Source of the DNA: Micrococcus luteus NCTC 2665
Lineage (GTDB): Bacteria > Actinomycetota > Actinomycetes > Actinomycetales > Micrococcaceae
DNA: 32,000 nucleotides
Direction of reading: 5' to 3'
Assembly: GCF_000023205.1 (NCBI RefSeq)
Contig: NC_012803.1
Coordinates: 1,230,001 to 1,262,000, forward strand
Position 1 is the first letter of the stretch, and each line of letters opens with the position of its first letter. Below, piece after piece: positions 25,118-32,000 of the stretch. Under the pieces are notes generated by a model. That model saw only the letters and a program-made list of their open reading frames with translations, was not told where the DNA came from and searched no databases. The position numbers and the translations under genes were made by a program.

Positions 25118-27766
25118 TCAGCCCGCCGGCTGCACCGCCTGCACGCGCAGGGACCGCCGCAGGGCGTCCGTGTGCTCCACGACCAGGCGCCGCAGGGCCC
25201 CCGGGGCGTCGGGGTGCTCGTCCAGCCAGCGCTGGGCCGCGGCCAGCGTCGGGTGCGACGCCTGCGCGTCGGCGCCGCCGGCCACCGCGTCCTGGCGGCC
25301 CGGGAACAGCCCGCCGATCGCGCGCGAGGCCAGCCCGTTGGACCGCGAGGCCCACACCGAGGTCAGGCGCGGCCAGAAGCCGGACTCGTAGGGGGCGAGG
25401 AGCTCGACGTCGCCCGCCGCGAAGCCGGCCGCCGTGGCCGAGAGCAGGTCGTTGGACAGCTCCGTGCCGGTGGCCGTGCGGCCGGACATGACCGCCTCCC
25501 ACGCCGCGGCCTTGACCTCGGCCTCGGGGCGGGCGGCCGCGGCGAGGCGGTGCCACGTGACCGTCTGGGCGGTGCGGCCGGCCTCGAGCTCCGCGTCCAG
25601 GCGGTCCTGATCGGCCAGGCCGGTCGCGGCGAGGGACTGGAGCACGAGCCAGCGCAGCTCCGCGTCGACCGCCAGGCCCGGCGCCGACGTCGCCGCGTCC
25701 TCGCCGAGCAGGGCGGCCTCGAGGGCCGCGGCCATCCCGACGTCGGCCCGCGCCAGCATCGCCCACGTGCGGGCCGCGGTGCGCTGGCGGTCGGAGCCGG
25801 CCTCGAGCGTCCGGGTCTGCTCGGCCAGGACCTCGCCCAGCCGGGCCCGCAGCGCGTCCCGGTCCTCGGCGCGGGCGTACTGGCCCACGGCCGCGGCGGC
25901 CTGCGCCAGCACCTGCGCGTGCACGCCCACGGTCGCGATCCGCGCGGACAGCGTCGCCACCGCGTCGAGGAACCGGGCGACCGGCAGCTCGCCGTCGCGG
26001 GTCATCGACCACAGGGCGGCCCACACGGTGGCCTCGGCGAGCGGGTCCGCGATGGGGTGCGTCAGTGCCGCGCGCAGCGAGTCCGCGTCGAGCGCGAGGG
26101 CGGCGTAGGTGAGGTCCTCGTCGTTGGGCAGCACAAGGCGGACGCCCCCGGGGACCTCGAGGTCCGGCAGGGGCACGGCCGCGCCCTCCGCCCCGCCCGG
26201 CACGTCGGCGGTGACCTGGGCGGTGCGGCGGAGCATGCCGTCCTGTCCGGGCGTGAAGACGCCGACCTTCAGCACGTGCGGGCGGAGGATCGGCCCGCCC
26301 GTGACCGGGTCCGTGCCCTCCTGGCGCAGAGCGGGGGTGTCGCCGTCGACGTCGACCCGCAGCCGGGGCACGCCGGAGGTGTGCAGCCACGCGTCCGCCC
26401 ATGCGCGCATGTCCCGCCCCGAGGCGGCCTCGAGCGCGGCCATGAAGTCGGCGAGGGAGGCGTTGCCCCACGCGTGGGCGGCGAAGTAGCGGTGCGCGGC
26501 GTCGAGGAACGCGTCACGGCCCACGTAGGCGGCCAGCTGCTTGAGCACGGAGGCGCCCTTGGCGTAGGTGATGCCGTCGAAGTTCTGACGGGCGGCCTCG
26601 AGGTCGACGATGTCCGCGACGATGGGGTGCGTCGTCGGCATCTGGTCCTGCACGTACGCCCAGGCCTTGCGGCGGGACGCGAAGGTCACCCACGCGGTCC
26701 GGAAGTCGGTGGCCTCGTCCACGCCGAGGGCGCCCATGTAGTCCGCGAACGACTCCTTGAGCCACAGGTCGTCCCACCAGTGCATCGTCACGAGGTCGCC
26801 GAACCACATGTGCGCCATCTCGTGCAGGATCACGTTGGCCCGGCCCTCGTACTGGACCGCGGTGGCCCGCGAGGTGAACACGAAGTCCTCGGTGAAGGTC
26901 ACGAGGCCCGGGTTCTCCATGGCGCCGAGGTTGTACTCGGGCACGAACGCCTGGTCGTACTTGCCCCACGGATACGCGACCCCGAAGAGGTCGTGGAAGA
27001 ACGTCAGCCCCCGCTTCGTCACGTCGAACACGGCCTCGGAGTCGAACGCGTCGGCCATCGTGCGCCGGGTGAACAGCCGCAGCGGCACGGCCTGCGCACC
27101 GCTGGCCGGGTGACCCTCCCAGGCGTCCTCCCACTGCGCATAGGGGCCGGCGAGCAGCGTCGTGATGTAGGTGGACTGGGGCAGCGTCGGGGCGAACTCC
27201 ACCCGGACGACGCCGTCCCCGGCCGGCGTCCGGGACACCTCCGGCCGGTTCGAGGCCAGCACCCAGTCCTCGGGTCCGGTGAGGGAGAAGGTGAAGGCGG
27301 CCTTGAGGTCCGGCTGCTCGAAGTCCGGGAACACGCGGCGCGCGTCGGCGGGCTCGTACTGGGTGTAGAGGTAGACCTCGCCGTCGGCGGGGTCCGTGAA
27401 GCGGTGCAGGCCCTCGCCCGACCGGGAGTACACGGACCGGCCGACCAGCTCGACCACGTTCTGCGCCGCCAGCTCGGGCAGCAGCACCCGGGCCTCGCCC
27501 ACGACCTCGGTTACGTCCAGCGCCGTGCCGTTGAGGGTCACCGACTCCACACCGCCGTGGATCCAGTCCAGGTGGGTCTGCGCGCCCGGCTCGGCGCACG
27601 CGAAGCGGATCACGGTGCGGACCGGATAGGTGTCGGTCGCGGCGTCCCGGGCGTCGGAGAGGTCCACGTCCACGACGTAGTCCTGCACCGTGAGCAGGCG
27701 GGAGCGGTCCGCGGCCTCAGCGCGGGTGACGTTGGTGGCGTCGAGGTCGGGGGTGGTGTCGGTCAA
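25118..27766 (-). CDS. pepN: aminopeptidase N (M1 family)
   Basis: GAMENPGLVTF exopeptidase motif and HEMAHMWFGDLVTMHWWDDLWLKESFA zinc site. TTG 27766 is preceded by GGAGG at a 6-nt spacing. The track start, GTG 27814, is the alternative. Confidence 0.95.
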   Translation of the reverse strand: MTDTTPDLDATNVTRAEAADRSRLLTVQDYVVDVDLSDARDAATDTYPVRTVIRFACAEPGAQTHLDWIHGGVESVTLNGTALDVTEVVGEARVLLPELAAQNVVELVGRSVYSRSGEGLHRFTDPADGEVYLYTQYEPADARRVFPDFEQPDLKAAFTFSLTGPEDWVLASNRPEVSRTPAGDGVVRVEFAPTLPQSTYITTLLAGPYAQWEDAWEGHPASGAQAVPLRLFTRRTMADAFDSEAVFDVTKRGLTFFHDLFGVAYPWGKYDQAFVPEYNLGAMENPGLVTFTEDFVFTSRATAVQYEGRANVILHEMAHMWFGDLVTMHWWDDLWLKESFADYMGALGVDEATDFRTAWVTFASRRKAWAYVQDQMPTTHPIVADIVDLEAARQNFDGITYAKGASVLKQLAAYVGRDAFLDAAHRYFAAHAWGNASLADFMAALEAASGRDMRAWADAWLHTSGVPRLRVDVDGDTPALRQEGTDPVTGGPILRPHVLKVGVFTPGQDGMLRRTAQVTADVPGGAEGAAVPLPDLEVPGGVRLVLPNDEDLTYAALALDADSLRAALTHPIADPLAEATVWAALWSMTRDGELPVARFLDAVATLSARIATVGVHAQVLAQAAAAVGQYARAEDRDALRARLGEVLAEQTRTLEAGSDRQRTAARTWAMLARADVGMAAALEAALLGEDAATSAPGLAVDAELRWLVLQSLAATGLADQDRLDAELEAGRTAQTVTWHRLAAAARPEAEVKAAAWEAVMSGRTATGTELSNDLLSATAAGFAAGDVELLAPYESGFWPRLTSVWASRSNGLASRAIGGLFPGRQDAVAGGADAQASHPTLAAAQRWLDEHPDAPGALRRLVVEHTDALRRSLRVQAVQPAG

Positions 27767-27869
27767 GGCGAGCCTCCGGTCGGGGATCCAGCGGGGACGG
27801 CGACGCGCGGACACACCGGGGCGTGCCCGCGCGTCGGCGGTGGTCCGGGACCGGCGGCCCGGGGCCGCG

Positions 27870-29114
27870 TCAGTGCGGCTTCGGGACGGGCTGGCCCTTG
27901 GAGAGCACCGTCAGGCCGGATTCTGTCACGGTGTAGCCGTTCGCCTCGTCCTCCGCCCGGTCGAAGCCGATGCGCGCGCCCGGGGGCACGACCACGTTCT
28001 TGTCCAGGATCGCGTTGCGCACGTGGGCCCCCTCTCCGATCACCACGGAGTCCAGCAGCACCGACTGCTCCACCCACGCCTCGTTGTGCACGCGCACGTC
28101 CGTGGAGAGCACGGACTGGGCCACGGTGCCCCCGGAGATGACCACGCCCTGGGAGAGGATCGAGTCGTTCGCCGAGCCGGGGCGGCGGGTGGATGAGCGC
28201 ACGAGCTTGGCGGGCGGGGAGACGGACTGGCGGGTGTAGAGCGGCCACTCGCGGTTGTACAGGTTGAACTCCGGCCACGGCTGCACCAGGTCCATGTGCG
28301 CGTCGTAGTAGGAGTCCAGGGTGCCGACGTCCCGCCAGTAGTGCTTGCCGGCCGTGCCGCCGGGCACCTCGTTGGCGGTGAAGTCATACACCCCGGCCTC
28401 GCCGCGCTCCACGAACAGCGGGATGATGTCCCCGCCCATGTCGTTGTGCGACTCGGGGTTCTCCTCGTCCTGGTTCAGCGCCGCCACGAGGGCGTCCGTG
28501 TCGAACACGTAGTTGCCCATGGAGGCCAGGAACTGCGTGGGATCGTCCGGCAGGCCGGGGGTCGTCTCCGGCTTCTCCACGAACGCCGAGATCCGCGTCC
28601 TGTCCTGCGGGTCCGTCTCGATCACCCCGAACGAGGAGGCCAGCTCGAGCGGCTGGCGCACCGCGGCCACGGTCGCCTTGGCGCCCGAGGCAATGTGCTG
28701 GTCCACCATCTGCTGGAAGTCCATGTGGTAGACGTGGTCCGCGCCGATGACGACGACGATGTCCGGCCGTGCGTCGTGGATCAGGTTCATGGACTGGTAG
28801 ATGGCGTTCGCGCTGCCCGTGAACCAGTCCTTGCCCCGGCGCTGCTGCGCCGGCACGGAGGCCACGTAGTTGTTCAGCAGCGTGGACATCCGCCACGTCT
28901 CGGAGATGTGGCGGTCCAGCGAGTGCGACTTGTACTGCGTCAGCACGACGATCTCGCGGTACCGGCTGTTGACCAGGTTGGACAGCGCGAAGTCGATGAG
29001 GCGGTACGTGCCGCCGAACGGGACGGCCGGCTTGGCACGGTCGGCCGTCAGCGGCATCAGGCGCTTGCCCTCACCGCCCGCCAGCACGACCGAGAGGACC
29101 TTCTTCTGCACCAT
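27870..29114 (-). CDS. glgC: glucose-1-phosphate adenylyltransferase
   Basis: [26 protein letters not shown]...RLIDFALSN, plus a left-handed beta-helix C-terminus. ATG 29114 has GAGGAG 8 nt upstream. GTG 29123 (the track start) abuts that RBS. Confidence 0.95.
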   Translation of the reverse strand: MVQKKVLSVVLAGGEGKRLMPLTADRAKPAVPFGGTYRLIDFALSNLVNSRYREIVVLTQYKSHSLDRHISETWRMSTLLNNYVASVPAQQRRGKDWFTGSANAIYQSMNLIHDARPDIVVVIGADHVYHMDFQQMVDQHIASGAKATVAAVRQPLELASSFGVIETDPQDRTRISAFVEKPETTPGLPDDPTQFLASMGNYVFDTDALVAALNQDEENPESHNDMGGDIIPLFVERGEAGVYDFTANEVPGGTAGKHYWRDVGTLDSYYDAHMDLVQPWPEFNLYNREWPLYTRQSVSPPAKLVRSSTRRPGSANDSILSQGVVISGGTVAQSVLSTDVRVHNEAWVEQSVLLDSVVIGEGAHVRNAILDKNVVVPPGARIGFDRAEDEANGYTVTESGLTVLSKGQPVPKPH

Positions 29115-29188
29115 CTGCGTCACTCCTCGTGAGCCGGGTCGTCGCGACCCGCACGCGTGCTCTGGGCGTGCGGGGCATCCGTGCCGCC

Positions 29189-29194
29189 AGACTA
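29189..29194 (-). promoter_or_regulatory. candidate -10 box TAGTCT(GGC) for glgC
   Basis: TAnnnT hexamer on the minus strand, about 75 nt upstream of ATG 29114. Confidence 0.4.
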
Positions 29195-29215
29195 TCGACC
29201 CCCGCCGGGCTGAAC

Positions 29216-29221
29216 TAGGTT
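29216..29221 (+). promoter_or_regulatory. candidate -10 box TAGGTT(GGG) for glgA, leaderless
   Basis: TAGGTT, then 6 nt, then GTG 29228. No RBS. Confidence 0.45.
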
Positions 29222-29227
29222 GGGGGC

Positions 29228-30424
29228 GTGCGCATCGACATCGTGAGCAAAGAGTTCCCCCCGTCCATCTACGGCGGTGCCGGCGTCCACGTCGCCGAGC
29301 TGACCCGCGTCCTCGCCTCCCGCGCCGACGTCCGCGTCCACGCCTTCGGCGAGCCGCGCGACCCGGACTACCACGGGGCCCGCGTCCTGACGTACCCGAA
29401 CCCGCCCGGGTTCGACGCTGCCAACGGGGCCGTGCAGACCCTGGCCACCGACCTCACGATCCTCGGCGACCTCGAGGGCGCCGACGTCATCCACTCCCAC
29501 ACCTGGTATGCCAACCTGGCCGGCCATCTCGGCAAGCTCCTGCACGAGGCCCCCCACGTCCTCTCCGCGCACTCCCTCGAGCCGCTGCGCCCTTGGAAGG
29601 CGGAGCAGCTCGGCGGCGGTTACGCTCTGTCCAGCTGGGCCGAGCGCACGGCCTACCTCGGGGCGGACGCGGTCATCGCGGTCTCGGACGGCATGCGTCG
29701 TGACATCCTGGCCTGCTACCCGGACGTGGACCCGGCGAAGGTGCACACGGTCCACAACGGCATCGACACGCAGGTCTGGACTCCGCAGACCGGCACCGCC
29801 GCACTGGAGAAGTACGGAATCGACCCGGACAAGCCCTTCGTCGCGTTCGTCGGCCGCATCACGCGCCAGAAGGGCGTGCCCCACCTGCTCCGTGCGGCCC
29901 TGCGGCTGCCGGAGGACGTCCAGCTCGTGCTGTGCGTCGGCGCCCCGGACACCGCGGAGCTGGCGCACGAGGTCAACGGGCTGATCGCCGAGCTGCGACG
30001 CACCCGCCAGGGCGTCGTCGTGATCGAGGGGATGATCCCGCGCCACGAGGTGATGGAGATCCTCACGGCCGCCACCGTGTTCGCCTGCCCCTCGGTCTAC
30101 GAGCCGCTGGGCATCGTCAACCTCGAGGCGATGGCGTGCGGCACCGCCGTCGTCGCCTCCGCCGTGGGCGGCATCCCGGAGGTCGTGCAGGACGGCGAGA
30201 CCGGCCTGCTCGTCCCCTTCGAGCAGGTCGACGACGGCACGGGGGCGCCCGTGGACGAGGAGGGGTTCGCCGCCGACTTCGCGGCCGCGCTCACCCGCGT
30301 CGTGGAGGACCCGGAGCGCGCTCGCGCGATGGGTGAGGCCGGCCGGACCCGCGCGATCGAGCACTTCTCGTGGGAGACCATCGCGGAGCGCACGATCGAG
30401 GTCTACGAGGCCGTGCTGCGCTGA
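29228..30424 (+). CDS. glgA: GT4 ADP-glucose-dependent glycogen synthase of the actinobacterial GlgA/GlgM type
   Basis: 398 aa: [25 protein letters not shown]..., with E-x7-E region [24 protein letters not shown]. Divergent from glgC, as in mycobacteria and corynebacteria. Confidence 0.9.
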   Translation: MRIDIVSKEFPPSIYGGAGVHVAELTRVLASRADVRVHAFGEPRDPDYHGARVLTYPNPPGFDAANGAVQTLATDLTILGDLEGADVIHSHTWYANLAGHLGKLLHEAPHVLSAHSLEPLRPWKAEQLGGGYALSSWAERTAYLGADAVIAVSDGMRRDILACYPDVDPAKVHTVHNGIDTQVWTPQTGTAALEKYGIDPDKPFVAFVGRITRQKGVPHLLRAALRLPEDVQLVLCVGAPDTAELAHEVNGLIAELRRTRQGVVVIEGMIPRHEVMEILTAATVFACPSVYEPLGIVNLEAMACGTAVVASAVGGIPEVVQDGETGLLVPFEQVDDGTGAPVDEEGFAADFAAALTRVVEDPERARAMGEAGRTRAIEHFSWETIAERTIEVYEAVLR

Positions 30425-30444
30425 GTCCGCCCGACCACGCACAC

Positions 30445-30476
30445 GGGCCCCCGCCACCGCGAGGTGACGGGGGCCC
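30445..30476. terminator. bidirectional hairpin between convergent glgA and the acyl-CoA oxidase gene
   Basis: 14-bp stem GGGCCCCCGCCACC / GGTGACGGGGGCCC with one mismatch and a GCGA tetraloop. Confidence 0.65.
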
Positions 30477-30499
30477 GGTGCGTCCGGGGACGGCCGCGG

Positions 30500-32000
30500 T
30501 CAGCCGCGGCGGCCTCGCGCCGCCTTCTCGCGGGCGCGCACGGCCTTCTCGTCCTCCGGCTCCTCGCCGGCGGCCCGGCGGGCCGTGAACCAGGCGTGGG
30601 CCTCCTCCTGGCGCTGGGTCTCGGCGTCCGTGGCCACCGCCATGCGCAGGTGCTCGGGCTCGAGGCCGAACGCCTCGACGAGCTCGAGGGCGAAGGGGCG
30701 CAGCCGCTCGGCGAGCCGGTTGACATAGCCGCGCAGGGCCCGGGCGCGCTGGCTCGAGACGCGGCCGTGGGCCACGAACCAGCCGAGGTCGTCCTCGATG
30801 AGGCGCAGCGCGAAGAGGTCGCGCAGCCACGTCAGGACAGTCTTCGTGGTCTCATCCGTGATGCCCTCCAGGGCGCGGGTGAAGGCCTCCCACTGCAGCA
30901 GCTCGCCGTGGTTGCGGGCGGCCTCGATGAGCTCGTGCTGGCGCGTGTTGAACGCCTCCGCCTGAGCCGCCTGGCCCTTGCCCCGGGCCCCCGAGAGGGT
31001 TCCGGCGACGTCGGCGGTCTTGGCGCGGACGCGCTCGGTGAGCAGCTCATGCTGCACGGCGGGGTCCTTGAACCAGTTCGCGGAGCGGCGCTCGGAGCCG
31101 CCGTCGGCCACAGACTGGACGGCCTTGTGCAGGCCCGCACGGTGGATGGCGTCCGAGGCCTGATGGACCACGTAGCGGGAGACGGCGCCCACATTGAGAC
31201 GTCCGAACTCCTTCGAGTAGTCGGTCAGCAGACGCTTGCCCACCAGCTGCAGGAGCACCGTGTTGTCGCCCTCGAACGTGACGTACACGTCCAGGTCGGC
31301 GCGCATCTGGGTCACCCGGTTCTCGGCGAGGAACCCGGCGCCGCCGCACGCCTCGCGGGCCTCCTGCAGGGTGTCCAGGGCATGCCACGTGGTCAGCGGC
31401 TTCACGGCCGCGGCGAGCGTCTCGAGCTCCTGCCGGTCCACGTCCGTGTCGGAGCGGCCGGAGAAGACGTCGTCGAACTTCACGACGAGCTCGTTGGAGG
31501 CGAAGGCGTCCGCGTAGGCGCGGGCCAGGCGGTCGATGAGGCGGCGCTGGTGGTTCTGGTAGTCCAGCAGCACCTCCTCCCGCTGCGGGTCGGAGGCGTT
31601 GAACTGGCGGCGCTGCTCCGCGTAGGCCAGCGCACCGTGCAGGCCGAGGAAGGAGGCCGTGGTGGCGGCGAGGGACAGGGAGACGCGGCCCTGGACGAGG
31701 GTGCCGAGCATCGTGAAGAAGCGACGCCCGGGGGAGGCGATGGGCGAGGAGTAGGTCCCGTCCTCCGCCACGTCGCCGTAGCGGTTGAGGAGGTTGGTGC
31801 GCGGGATGCGGACCTGGGTGAAGTGCAGGCGGCCGTTGTCGATGCCGTTCAGTCCGCCCTTGAGGCCGTCGTCCTCGCCGCCCACGCCGGGCAGGAAGGC
31901 GCCCTTCTCGTCCCGGATGGGGACGTAGAAGCAGTGCACGCCGTGGTTGACGCCCTGGGTGATCAGCTGCGCGAAGACCGTGGCCGCCCTGCCGTGCAGC
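30500..32000 (-). CDS. acyl-CoA oxidase / ACOX-type acyl-CoA dehydrogenase, C-terminal ~500 aa (5' end beyond the right edge)
   Basis: The frame stays open to position 32000 (...LHGRAATVFAQLITQGVNHGVHCFYVPIRD). GGLNGIDNGRLHFTQVRIP and the long helical C-terminal ACOX domains are present, ending in a Lys/Arg-rich tail. Confidence 0.85.
   Translation of the reverse strand, partial: LHGRAATVFAQLITQGVNHGVHCFYVPIRDEKGAFLPGVGGEDDGLKGGLNGIDNGRLHFTQVRIPRTNLLNRYGDVAEDGTYSSPIASPGRRFFTMLGTLVQGRVSLSLAATTASFLGLHGALAYAEQRRQFNASDPQREEVLLDYQNHQRRLIDRLARAYADAFASNELVVKFDDVFSGRSDTDVDRQELETLAAAVKPLTTWHALDTLQEAREACGGAGFLAENRVTQMRADLDVYVTFEGDNTVLLQLVGKRLLTDYSKEFGRLNVGAVSRYVVHQASDAIHRAGLHKAVQSVADGGSERRSANWFKDPAVQHELLTERVRAKTADVAGTLSGARGKGQAAQAEAFNTRQHELIEAARNHGELLQWEAFTRALEGITDETTKTVLTWLRDLFALRLIEDDLGWFVAHGRVSSQRARALRGYVNRLAERLRPFALELVEAFGLEPEHLRMAVATDAETQRQEEAHAWFTARRAAGEEPEDEKAVRAREKAARGRRG

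Noticed and set aside
24075-28141. 798-aa minus-strand (24075..26471) and 1016-aa plus-strand (25091..28141) ORFs over the hypothetical gene, pepN and glgC
   Set aside because: Both are out of frame with or antisense to pepN (GAMEN/HEXXH present) and glgC. The 1016-aa ORF starts in the same phase (2 mod 3) as the pepN third codon positions. Both have Arg/Pro/Gly-rich low-complexity products.

Overview
This is a high-GC (about 70%+) actinobacterial chromosomal window, most likely from the order Micrococcales. It is densely packed with core housekeeping genes on both strands.

Gene order, left to right:
- Pentose-phosphate cluster on the minus strand: tkt, tal, and the first part of pgi.
- Heme O and heme A synthases ctaB and ctaA. 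An ABC-2 exporter pair lies upstream of ctaA.
- SUF Fe-S cluster operon: sufR-sufB-sufD-sufC-sufT.
- YpfJ-type Zn metallopeptidase, followed by an ABC-F ATPase.
- DUF3099 / small Cys protein / SURF1 trio.
- fabG plus a second SDR (short-chain dehydrogenase/reductase).
- serB.
- ModF/YlmA-like ATPase, TauE and TrmH trio.
- Cys-less ribosomal protein L31.
- Lipoate-protein ligase, followed by an orphan hypothetical protein.
- pepN.
- Divergent glgC/glgA pair.
- The 3' part of an acyl-CoA oxidase gene.

The backbone order resembles, from memory, the Mycobacterium tuberculosis tal/tkt - ctaB - ctaA - suf (Rv1460-Rv1466) - fabG1/inhA neighbourhood.

I found no tRNA or rRNA genes, CRISPR arrays, IS elements, integrases, phage genes or defence-island signatures. 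I do not see convincing evidence for a dramatic novel system. The most interesting items are modest:
1. A recurrent TAGnnT(GG) -10 motif that makes many genes look leaderless and fixes several start codons.
2. A suf operon with no sufS or sufU.
3. A FabL-like (Y-x6-K) SDR in the position that inhA occupies next to fabG.
4. A circularly permuted LplA.
5. Two translationally coupled trios of partly unknown function.
6. Strong GC-rich hairpins, without T-tails, at six of the seven convergent gene junctions.

The many very long Arg/Gly/Pro-rich ORFs in the track are antisense or out-of-frame artefacts of GC3-rich coding sequence.
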